Of a stretch of DNA of 64,000 nt, positions 52,654 through 64,000 are shown piece by piece (positions within the stretch are counted from its first letter, which is position 1; each line of letters opens with the position of its first letter). The DNA is from Adineta vaga. Lineage: Eukaryota; Animalia; Rotifera. The notes below the pieces were generated by a model that saw only the letters and a program-made list of their open reading frames with translations, was not told the origin of the DNA and ran no database searches. The stretch lies in assembly GCA_021613535.1 (NCBI GenBank), contig CP075495.1, forward strand, positions 4,898,001 to 4,962,000, read 5' to 3'. The translations under genes were made by a program, and so were the position numbers.

Positions 52654-53127
52654 CACAGCCCTAAAAAAATTGCAAAAGTAACGAGTTTTACAATTCAACC
52701 TCTCTTCCGATAATCTCCTATATTCCCAATAAAAATTAGATGTTTTCAATATGGAATATTTCCAACATCTGAAAAATAGTTAATCAAATTCATTCTTTTT
52801 TTAACAGACTGTATAAAAAGCTTTCAACCCTTGATTTATCTATTAATTAGATACATCTAATTTAAATTTGACCTCAACGACATCTCTATTGGTCACAAAT
52901 ATTTTCGTTTGACATCATCCAAGGTTAAAAGAAATCAATTTTAATTCTTTTTTTGCAGTAGGTTAATATAAAACATTGACATTCCTAATCATTGCTTTTA
53001 TTCAAATGATATCCATTAAAATCTGTTTGTATTTATAGGATGAGAACAAAATAAAATCCTTCTGTCACTTTGTTTTGTTGTTATCTTGATTCGATCAGAT
53101 CATCTAGAGTAAAAACAAAATCAAATC

Positions 53128-53478
53128 ATGTTATTCCGTTCAGTATTTATTATTACTGTTCTATTTGGTATTCTCGCTCTGGTTTTTGTTCAATCTGAAC
53201 AAGCAAATTTGGGCACTTCACGATTAGCAAAACCAAAATTTCCTGCAATTATTGATGAAGAAGCATCACAGTGGCTCTCAACCCGTAGTATTCCACGTCG
53301 TTGGCGCTATCAACATACGAACCATCCATCGAATGACGCCGATCAAAGTTTGAAACAATTACACTCACTTAATGACAATGGTGTTCGTCAATATGATACA
53401 CAATCATTTGAAGGTGTTTCAATGGAAGTTATATTCGAAATGGTTTATAAGCAGCAAAACAATGCTATATCCGGATAA
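53128..53478 (+). CDS. Small secreted orphan protein (possible peptide precursor)
   Basis: Signal peptide MLFRSVFIITVLFGILALVFVQS, 116 aa, no Cys, basic cluster PRRWR. AATAAA lies at about 53523. Confidence 0.7.
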   Translation: MLFRSVFIITVLFGILALVFVQSEQANLGTSRLAKPKFPAIIDEEASQWLSTRSIPRRWRYQHTNHPSNDADQSLKQLHSLNDNGVRQYDTQSFEGVSMEVIFEMVYKQQNNAISG

Positions 53479-53657
53479 TATTCTCTATGTGAATTCTCTT
53501 TCAATGGATGTTTTTAAACACTAATAAAACGAATCTCGATAAAATTTCTTTGAAAGCAAATATAACAAAACAAAAGTAACTAAGATATGTCTTGTCTGAT
53601 CTTGTTGTTTATTAAACGTTATCTTTAGTCATAAAAAGTTGATGATGCAAGATCTTC

Positions 53658-54267
53658 TCACCTTCTTCGAACTGATACGAATCGAATGTCAATAACAATT
53701 GCTTTATTAGCAAACATGTTAATTTGTTCGTGAAAATGAACACCATCTTTATCAATATTTAGATTGAAAATAAACAAATGAGAAGATATTTTCATTTTCT
53801 TCGATTACGTTTAAATCATGCAACGAATAGGCAAGAACAATTAGGTCAATTTCATCGAAAAGAACGGCAATAATGATGATGATTATCCCTGTTGGAAAGA
53901 TGCTTACGCTTCACTTCTTTTCCCACAATCGAAAATTTGCATATTTTTGTCCATGTTTGATGTCAGAGGAATGAAGTTCATACATATGTATTCTGTCAAA
54001 TAAACGAACCGAATAAAACTCTCATTGAGGATTGTCTTACGTTTCAAAAAAAGAAAAAGAAAATTGCTCATTTATTTTCTTCGAATCATATACAGTAGAA
54101 CTATACTCATCACTTGTTTCGAATGTCTTTTTCATTGAAAGTTCCACTACATTTAATATCCGATGGATGACTTTGTCACGAATCGCTAAGCTTACTTTAA
54201 TGAATTTGTCGGCGCCGATAGTAACGTTAAAATCTAAAAACGTTAATCTCATGTCACCTACCATCAT
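53658..54267 (-). pseudogene. Possible decayed SGNH/GDSL-hydrolase-like gene
   Basis: Starts MMVGDMR (resembles block I xGDS, but Ser is replaced by Met) and a distal segment reads IDKDGVHF (resembles block V DxxH). The intervening frames contain stops and a non-AG acceptor. Confidence 0.3.
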
Positions 54268-54800
54268 CTTTTCAATTTAAATAAACAAACAAATCATCTT
54301 ATTGCCTAAAGCACGCTCGCGCAATAATGTCGGTCTTTCTTTTACAGATACAAATCGCGCTCAAAACGTGTCATCACACCTTGTCAGTTTTCTTAAGAAA
54401 AAGAAAACAACATACAAAATGTGTGGGAAAATAATGCTAAATATATACACATACAATTAACAAACTAACAGAAAAATGCTAATTTTTTTTCCTTATATCT
54501 TATGTCATAAATCTATTTATATTATATTTCGAATATCTTTATGAATATAGTTTCATAGGCAAGAAAAATTTTGTTTAATTCTAATGAATAATTTCGTTTT
54601 GTTTGAATAAAAACTTTTATCTCCTGCTGTTTCTCAGACACGCGCTTCGTTTATTCACAAGTGCTAATTCTACCTTCTCCATTTCTTTTCGTTCTCTTTC
54701 TTTCTTTCTCGTTTTTCTCTCTCTCTCTTCTCTCGCATTTTATCCAATCATTTCAAATGTTCATTTGTCTTCGAAGGAACAGAAAACGAAACGCATAACT

Positions 54801-55748
54801 ATGGATCATCAGCAGTTAGCTACCATGCTTTCAATTGAAAAACTCGTTCTTTCATCCAAATCATTGAAATCAGATCCAAAACGACGATTCATTGCTAATA
54901 GTCTCTATAAAGTTTGTTATTCATTATTTTTCGTCGAAGAAATTTTCTCTATTTAAATATTTATCATTTTAGTTATGTGAAGATGAAAAAATATCTGATG
55001 ATGTGTTTGGTTTAACAATGAATATATTCGATCAATTTGTTTCAAAAAATTCTTTAATAATTGATGATCGTTATTGTCAGTTAATGACATTAACTTGTTA
55101 TAATCTTGCAAAAAAACTTCGAACCAATATTTCAGTTACAAATGAAAATGAAATAACATCATCGATATTTCTTAATGAAAAATATAATGATCAAGAAATA
55201 TTTGTAAGTTTCTAAACAAGAGAAAGTATCAATGTTAAGTGATATTCTTTTTAGGATGCCGAACAATTAATCATCGAAACATTAGATTGGGATTTATCAA
55301 CTGTTGTTCCATATGATTATATTTCCTTATTATTTCAAAATATTCTCCTTCCTGATATTGATCTAGCTGAATTACGTTTACATGTTCGTACTCTTCTCTC
55401 ATTAACAATATGTGGTAAGACTTAATAATCTGATAAGATAAAGAATAGTTTATCAATTTTGATGTTTCTATAGCATTGAATACTTTAACAATATTGCCGA
55501 GCATTCTCTGCGGTGCTTGTTTGAGAATTGCAATTCAACGTCTTTCTTTTTCCAATCTTCATTATATCGATGATGTGATATTACCTAAAATTCATTGTAA
55601 TAAATCTGATCTTTCTCGTACACAACGTTTAATTGAACAGATTTTTCAATCTCAATTACAATATATTCGACCATCACCACCACCACGTCGTTGTTTAGCA
55701 CCAATTGATACAAGCAATAAACCACATTCTAGCCCGCGTGTAAAATAA
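54801..55748 (+). CDS. Divergent D-type cyclin
   Basis: Four exons. Cyclin-D-like blocks are LCEDEKISDDVFGLTMNIFDQFV, QLMTLTCYNLAKKLR, EQLIIETLDWDLSTVVPYDYI, LPSILCGACL and DLSRTQRLIEQIF. Confidence 0.85.
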
Positions 55749-56666
55749 AACTTTTATATATATTTTTGTTGTTGTTGTTGTTCCTAATCATAGATTTCAA
55801 AGATTTTTTTTTCTTCTTTTATTTTGTACACATTTCCTTATTTTGTTGCGAACAGAAATGAGAATTGGAATTGAATATATATACATACATACATATATAT
55901 AGATTTGAATAAATGATGTCATTTAATGAGATATTGATTTGTTTGAAATGAAAAGATCTATGCATTTTTAATGAATTCAAATGATGTAAGAGTGATGATG
56001 ATGAGAAAAAAATTCATTTTCATGATGACTTTTGAAAATACGACCAACAAGAACAACAACAAAAACACTTGTTCTGATGATACAACCACTTGACATTAAT
56101 AAGAAATATCTTTTACTTCCGCGATTGATCGATGAGAGAGATTAGAACCTGTGGAGAGCAGAGAAGAAAAGAAATCATTTATTTCCAGAAGACAACATGC
56201 TGAGAATATTCAAAAGAACATTTTCGGATATCTGCAAAAATGAAACGAAAGAAAACAATCGACCATGGAGATTGATAGCCGTTAGGATACATTAGTTACG
56301 CAAATTTCTCTTGTTTTTTTTCATCGATTGAAGAAAAAAAGGATATGTTATCGATTATGAATTATATAAATATAAGTGATGCATTATCTTCTCTACATCT
56401 AAACTATGTAAATAAAATATATCATTGATACGAAAAATATATTAAAAATCGAATGAGACTAATGTCTGCTGATAATAGACTCTGTTGAATTGAAAGTTCA
56501 TTCTTGTATACTTATGAATGAATAACGATGTGTAATATACCGCTCAATAATATCTAGTTTATAAACATATTCTGAATTCTCGACATGGATCGAATAGATA
56601 AAAATGATTCTGTTTTAGTTTGTGATAAAGCAATCTATTAAGACATTTGAAGAGTCGTTATTTAAT

Positions 56667-56676
56667 CGCCATTTTG
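56667..56676 (+). promoter_or_regulatory. YY1-like site CGCCATTTTG near the probable EXOSC10 promoter
   Basis: Motif match about 480 bp upstream of the ATG, followed by a GTAAGT donor at about 56728 (possible 5'UTR intron). Confidence 0.3.
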
Positions 56677-57150
56677 TCATTTTTTACCTTAATTCCTCTA
56701 TATTTCTCTGATGACTTAAAGAATATTTGTAAGTTGAATTGACATCTCTTTGTGTTTCAATTTCGTTTTTGTTCATTAAAATAATATGTTGAAAACTAAC
56801 AAAAGACATCGAAAGTAGCGCTCTGTGCATCTATTTGCTAGAAGACTGACCATTCCATGAGCGTATGTAAGTTATACTAGTTTTTTTTCGAGATCTTCGT
56901 ATTTGTACTTGTACATGAGTAATTTTTCTGCTGAGAATTCATTGTTTATGTTAACTAATTGTCGTTCGATTGAACGATAATCAGTGAAAATCTCTTATTA
57001 ACAAAAGTATCTTCTCAATTTTTTTAAAATTTATTTTCAAGTACAATATAAGATTTGAAGGTCTTTTGATCAAGAAGTGATGTGACTATTGAAATGACCA
57101 ATATACTATTCGATGAACAATTCTATTTCAGATTTTATTACTTTAAAATC

Positions 57151-60100
57151 ATGTCTGCAGACGAAACTCCGACATCAAATACATTTCTCGATGAATTTCC
57201 CGATGTTGCATCCTATAAAGATGTAAGACTCTCATTCTAATTAGAATTATACAAATCCCATTTATTTTCTCTTAGTCTGCCTGTGCCAATGTTGTCAAAT
57301 TGATTCGTTCATCGAATGATCTCTCTCGTGCAAGTGATCATGATTTTCTAATGAGTTTTGCACCACTTCGTCGTCGAATGGATACAGTTGCAGAAAAAAT
57401 CTTACAAACGTATGAAGAAAATATTACATTGAATAAAACATTTCATGAATTTCTGTCTTTTATAATATTAGTATGGGTACAATATTAAAACAACAAAATT
57501 TACGTCGTGATTTAGGTATTACATCATGGAGAGAAGCTGATCATGATGAAAAAATCGAAAAATTAATTGATATTAATGATATTTTATTTGAAAGAATTGT
57601 AAATCTTTCATTGTTTTTATAAACATGAATTCTCATTTGGACTTTTTTTCTTCTAGTCTTCATCACTTGACGAAGCAACAGGATTGAAGAAAACTTCATC
57701 AGAAGTTAAATCATTAAAACCATCTGTTCGAAATGTTCATGCGACATGGAATAAAGAAGTAAAATCAAAAGCAAATCTTGTCTTCTTCTATTTCCATTCT
57801 TTGTTTTTCGTATCTTTAGATTGGATTTGTTTTACAAAATAATGTTTTTCCATCCAATCAACATCATAAACAACGTTCAAGTACATTTTCATTGAATCAT
57901 CAACAAACAAAAAATATTCCCAAACCACAATTAAAATTTTCTGAAAAGATTGACAATACTCCATATACACCATTTATTCCTAAAATTCGAACAAAACCAA
58001 ATGCTAAAACACCATTACCAAGTAATTTTGTCTTTCTCTATTGAATCATTGATCATTATTTTGTTTTTTTGTGCAGTGGTATTATCACAATTTGATCCTC
58101 AAACATTCGATATTCGACGATCGGAAGAATATCCTGAAATGTAAGTTGCTTTTCTTCGTAGTAAACAACAACTATTAGGAATTCTATTTGCTTTAGATTA
58201 CTTCATCCATATTTTGATGAAATTGAAACATTTCAACCAGATGAAAGTCTTTTCAAAGAAGTTGAACCACAGGTAAATAATCTTTCAGTTGATTTTTCAT
58301 CGAAAACAAAAGTTTTTCTTCATTTAGAAACCAAAATCAGTCGAAGAAACGAAATATTTATATGTTGACACATCTGAGAAGCTTCAGACTATGATGGATC
58401 ATATCGAAAAACAAACCGAATTAGCAATTGATTTAGAAGTAAGGGTTTTTTTCTCGATTCACTTAAATGAAATTCTATCTTTTCCTTCTTTAGCATCATT
58501 CATATCGTTCGTATCAAGGTTTTACTTGTTTATTACAAATATCATCACGAACAGAAGATTTCCTAGTCGATACTCTTGCATTACGCGATGAATTACATAT
58601 TCTAAACAATGTTTTTACCAATCCAAATATTGTTAAAGTAAACGATTTTATTTTTCTTCGTAAATCTTCTTTGATCATTTTCGTTTTTCCAATCAAGCTT
58701 TTTCATGGTGCAGATTCCGATATTGAATGGTTACAAAAAGATTTTGGTATCTATGTTGTTAATATGTTTGATACACATCAAGCAGCACGAGAATTAAATT
58801 TAGCAGCATTTTCACTTGCTTATTTACTAAAATCTTATTGTGATATTGATGCAAATAAACAATTTCAATTAGCTGATTGGAGAATAAGGTTTGATAGATA
58901 TAATAATATTCTATTAAATTCAATTTTTGACTTTTCATTTTAGACCTTTACCTGAAGAATATCTTCGTTATGCACGAGAAGATACACATTATCTTCTTTA
59001 TATCTATGATTTATTACGAAATCGTCTATTAGAAAAAAGTTCACAATTACTCAAATCAGTTTATGAAAAATCTAAAATTATTTGTCAAAAAGTATTCAGT
59101 TCATTTTTGATTATTGATTTTGTTTAGAAATATCTTTCATCTTTCTAGCTTTATAAAAAACCATATTTTGATGATCATGCCTATCAAAATATTTATACAA
59201 AATCACGAAAAACATTCAATATTCGTCAATTAGCGGCATTGAAATCACTCTACTATTGGCGAGATAATATAGCTCGACAAGAAGATGAATCAACTGGGTA
59301 TGAAAGACGAAATTTATCTTTTGAATACATTTATCTTTTCATTTTCTAGATATGTTTTACCCAATCATATGCTTCTTCAAATCTCAGAAATTCTTCCAAG
59401 GTTGAGAAAAGAACTTTTCTTGGAAGAATATTTGAAATATTCTTGTTTGTTTTATTTAGGGAACCACAAGGTGTACGAGCTTGTTGTAATCCAGTTCCAA
59501 TACTCGTTCAACATAATTTGCATGAGATTCATCAGATTATTTTACTTGTTCGAGATATACCTTTGACTGAAGTAAAGATCTATTCGAATAAAAAGTCATT
59601 TCTACAAGAATAACAAATCGTTTATTTTCTTCTCAGGAACCAAGGGAGCAACAATCAGCGCCATTAACACCTATATTATATGATCCAGAAAATGTTCTCA
59701 ATTGTCCACATGATACATCACATCAAATCGAACAACAACAGCAACAACCTATATCCAATATAAATTCAACTAATAAAATTCATTCCAATGGTAAATGAAT
59801 AATCATTTTTCATTTCATTAAATGATTCTTTTTCTTAAGATCTATCGTCGATTCTTGATGATACATTTATTGAAGAATTAACCAAACGTGATGGATTAAA
59901 TATGTCATCATTATTAATTCAAATTAAACGACAAATGTTACCAGTTACAAAATCTCGATCAAATATATCAACAAATATCTATGATATGGTATATGATTTT
60001 GTTTTTCTTGAATTAAAATGATGATTCTAAAAGACAACTTTTATTTAGTATATGCCTCAATCATATCGAACAAGTTCATTGAATAAAACGAAACCATTAT

Positions 60101-60870
60101 GGCAAGTTTATTATCCCGATCGAGATTTATCAAGTATATATATATATATAAATTAACAACGTGAAATAAGATATCTATCTAATTATTGTTTTTTAGTAAA
60201 TGGTAAATCTGTACAACATGATAATAATAATCAAAATGGTAATAATATTAGCAAAGAAAAAGCAAGTGATGATATTGAAATGATTATGCTCAATAAACAA
60301 GTAAGAGACAAAGACTATAGATTTTGTTTTTCAATGAATAATCAATTTGTTTGTTATAGGCAACAACAAAACGAAAACGAAAAGGTGCTAGTGATGAGAT
60401 TACGAATAATAAATCGAAAAGTAAACGATATCGACGTGGTTGTGTAGCTGATGAAGTACCATCGACAATTCTATTGGATAATGATGAAGATGAAGATGAA
60501 GAAAGAGATGAAGAAGAACCAGGTGAAATTCTTGATAGTCTCAATGAACGAAATCAACAAACATCGTTTCAACCATTTGATTATGAAAATGAAATTCTTT
60601 CATCTAGTAAATGAAACGAAATGTTATTTATATAGATATTTGAAATTGATCTTATTCGTTTTAGAAAAATTCAAAAAACCAGCTGATGATGAAGATATTT
60701 ATGAACCCAATCGTCGTAAGAAATCTACAAAAGTGAAAGTAAATTGTGTTTTTGTTATAACCTTCATTCTTTCATTATCATATACTTTGTTTTTTTCCTA
60801 GGCTCCAAGACGACCTGGTGCTCAACAAACAAACAAATCTATATCATATCCTTTTCCAAAGAAGACATAA
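57151..60870 (+). CDS. EXOSC10: Exosome component 10 / RRP6 (PMC2NT, DEDD-Y exonuclease and HRDC domains)
   Basis: [64 protein letters not shown] and [31 protein letters not shown]. There are about 20 short introns and a basic C-terminus. Confidence 0.96.
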
Positions 60871-61840
60871 ATCTATTTGTTATTTCGTTTCTCGTGTTTT
60901 GTTGTTTATTTTAAAAAAACTGGATTAAATTGGATGTGAAAACAAAAGAAATAGTTTGAATATATTTACTTACATTCGACAAGATTATTAATCGAAAAAT
61001 CATAATAGAAATATGTGAAACAATATCTATGTCTATGTGTTTTGATAGATATCAAGATGTTGATTCATCTGATATTTTCTGTTATTATTTGTGCTCTAAA
61101 TATTATGTCATCACCTTTGTTGATGATTTTATTTGTAATAGTCAATAGAGTACATTTTGATACAAATCGATTTTGAATGAAGTAAAAAGTTTGTTTTATC
61201 ATCAAAAGTATTCATAACTGATTGTTAAAAAAAACGATATATGCATATACACTTACACACACACGATGAAAAGAAAGCATTTTGTTAAATAGTAATATCA
61301 TTCTATCCTATTGAATCTGATTGCCATTACTGAATATTTCGTCTTGCTCTTATTAAAAAAACTTCTTTCTTTATTTGAATCGAACAAATGTGTGAGACTT
61401 CTAGAAATGTCAGAGACATCGATAGCAAAGAAAATACAATTTGATATTCAATTCTAGATATGATAAACGATATCGAGTAGTCGAGAATGGCGAACCGAAA
61501 GGATACTGTCGACCGACTACGAGATGAACTACTTATGAGGTTAACATTAGCTGATGGTTAAGTGGGTCTCCTCGATGAATGTTATTTATTTTCATTTACA
61601 GTATAATATATTTGTTAAATCCAACAATGTACATTGGTTTTTACTAAATCACAAGAGTTTTTGTTAAGCTTCAAAATAGTTGTAGTTATCATCCAAATGT
61701 TCCAAGACCTGCTAAATCTTCAGAAATCATCACCATACTTACGTATAAATTATTCGATATACGTTTTCTATAAAAAAATTACTATATATTTTCTACTCGT
61801 AACAGAGGAAATATAAGCATGCTTAATCATTCATATGTCA

Positions 61841-62569
61841 TTACGAGCCATTCACTGCCATTTGGAACGATTCGTTTGAGTACGAATGAGTTTCTCTCCA
61901 TTGATTTGAATTTGTTCGAAAAAATATTTTAGTAGCTGCAATTATCAATGCAAGCATCATTGAAATAATAAAAATAAATCCGAAAAAAAAGAAAATTTGT
62001 CCAAGACGCATTTTAAATTGTGCTCGTTGATATTGCGCATTATCTTGACTAACTTTTGTTTTGGATAATTCAATTAACATATCACTTATAGCTGGTGGAC
62101 AATATTTCGCTGCTGTTTCATGTGCATGGCCACGACTAATAGCAAGAATAAATTGTCGTGTTGGAATTGAAAATGATAAATTATCGATATCAACATGAAT
62201 CAATTGTTCAGATGGTATACTTTTTAAAAATATTAATCGACTACGACCACTAATATCAAGAATAACACTACTAGGTACGATATGTGAAATAGTTTTATTC
62301 TGTCCATTTGACATTTGTTCAATTGATTCGGAAAGAATACCAATTGTTTGTTTATTCATTAGAGCAACAAGTAAAACAAGTTGAGCTCGAACACTTGTTG
62401 GTTTATAAGTATTACTAAGAGCAAGAATATCTGGTAAACGTTGCCGTACAACAGTCCATTTAGATAGAATAGGTTCTTGTTCATCGGTTTCATTATTGTC
62501 ATAGAAAGAAAGTGCTGCTTGAGCACGACGACGACGTAATTTTACTGTATATTTCCGTTCACTAACCAT
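61841..62569 (-). CDS. Orphan protein with a C-terminal transmembrane helix
   Basis: 242-aa ORF with TM segment LGQIFFFFGFIFIISMMLALIIAA. A 5'UTR intron donor GTAAGT lies at about 62643-62648. Confidence 0.7.
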   Translation of the reverse strand: MVSERKYTVKLRRRRAQAALSFYDNNETDEQEPILSKWTVVRQRLPDILALSNTYKPTSVRAQLVLLVALMNKQTIGILSESIEQMSNGQNKTISHIVPSSVILDISGRSRLIFLKSIPSEQLIHVDIDNLSFSIPTRQFILAISRGHAHETAAKYCPPAISDMLIELSKTKVSQDNAQYQRAQFKMRLGQIFFFFGFIFIISMMLALIIAATKIFFRTNSNQWRETHSYSNESFQMAVNGS

Positions 62570-64000
62570 TGAAACATAATCAATTAATGGCTAAATAATT
62601 TCAAATAATCATTTCAAATAGTAACAAATCTTACTATGGCTTACTTACTTGAGAACATGAAGTGGTATGTTGACGTCTATGTTGTTCACGATAAGACTGT
62701 CTGGAAGTATTCGGATACATGTTATTCAGAATGTCAATGAGAAGTAAAAGATTCAATAACGATGTTAGTATTGCTACTACTATATAATGATATATATAAC
62801 CTTTTTTTTTATATGAGCGTAGGTGGTGTATCATTGATGTTCTCTTTTTTTTATATAATGTTTGCAGTTGTCCATGGCCAAGTGACTTTTGTTTGTCAGC
62901 AACATTGTCGAGAGAAAATACCTTCATATAAGAAAGAGATCATAATGACATATTTATAGATAAGAGAAGATTTTAATGAAATTCATTTTCTGTCAAACAA
63001 TACTTATGATATGTATAGACATTAATCAATATTGCATAAATGAAATATAATTCTCATTATTTTTGAGTATATTTATATGAAAAAAGGAAGAGAAGAGATT
63101 GATTTCATTTACTTTTAATCTATAAAAAATCTATTGTTAGATATTCATACGATGTTTATTCCATTATTTAGTCACATGACGTCATTTATGACGATATTTA
63201 GGTATAACAGTGCAGTTCACAGGTCGTAAATATTTTGTTGTCAGGAAAATGTTATTAACTTTTCTCGTCATTAGAAATACATCTTGTTATTTTAATTAAG
63301 TGAAAGAATGATTCATATCGTAATAAACATAACATTGCATTTGTCATGAAAACGAAAGTCTTTTTTTCGAAAGTACGTACGATGAAGTAAAATGTACACA
63401 TTTGATTTGGTTATTGACTGTCACGGAACTTGATAAACTTTTATAGATATGTTGTTGTTGTACCTACTGTCTGTGGATTATTTTTAATTTAATCTGTTTT
63501 TTTTGAGTCAATTATAAGATGATAATAAACTTAGTTATGTTTTTGATGGTGCTATAATTTCATATGCATGAGAATGACTTTGTAATAGACGTTGAAAACT
63601 ACCAGTCTATTTAAATGATCGAAGAGTTCTTTTTACGACATATTGATTATGTCACTGGTTTAAATAAATCTTTTATTATGAATAATCTCCTGTCAGAAAA
63701 TTTATTTCAAATAAATACCATTTTATCAATGCTTTCTATTCAAAAACAAAAAGTCTTCTATTACATATGTGTTTTGTTCGATCTTTTTGTAAAAAAATAT
63801 TCTTTTGTTTTGTACAGATCAAATATCAAACATACCTTTAATTTGTTAGAATCAGCTTTCTAATTACTATTTTTATCGACTTACTAATAGAAAATCATGT
63901 TTTCATTTAAGACACAAAAGTGCATACACTTATTTTGTACTTACTAAAATAGATATTAACATTATGTCACCTCCGACGCAAGGTTATGTTCATACGATAT

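Noticed and set aside
61485-61578. Resemblance to HDV ribozyme words (AATGGCGAA, CTCCTCG) and to part of bacterial 5S rRNA (GCTGATGGT..GTGGGTCTCC)
   Set aside because: The HDV elements are in the wrong order with no P1/P2/P3 pairing, and the 5S terminal helix and 3' part are absent.

Overview
AT-rich (roughly 30% GC) eukaryotic genomic DNA with many very short (about 50-65 bp) GT-AG introns. The intron style and gene families (ART-MORN, F-box/LRR, Ubl plus Cys domain) point to a bdelloid rotifer (Rotaria/Adineta-like); this is an inference. I reconstructed about 18 genes by hand-splicing. Conserved genes are Mask/ANKHD1, HAAO, a divergent cyclin D and EXOSC10/RRP6. Others are a secreted 10xEGF protein with a recent 198-bp exon+intron amplification, an F-box/LRR gene, a Ubl-Zn-domain gene, a decayed ART-MORN pseudogene, a 2xIg GPI-type protein, a Rolling stone/AIG1 protein, a 3x matrin/U1-type zinc finger protein, an intronless ADP-ribosylglycohydrolase (HGT candidate), a frameshifted ankyrin-SOCS box gene and several orphans. 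The main observations not visible in the ORF track are these: the true last exon of HAAO lies 3.9 kb downstream, so an antisense orphan gene is nested in its intron; Mask lacks one conserved ankyrin repeat and carries a PAM2 motif; the cyclin D lacks LxCxE and the MRAIL patch but has a C-terminal D-box; ADP-ribosylation writer and eraser genes co-occur; and two unexplained structured GC-richer islands are present. I saw no rRNA, tRNA, CRISPR array or intact transposon. I cannot claim a clearly new multi-gene system; the system-level ideas below are hypotheses.
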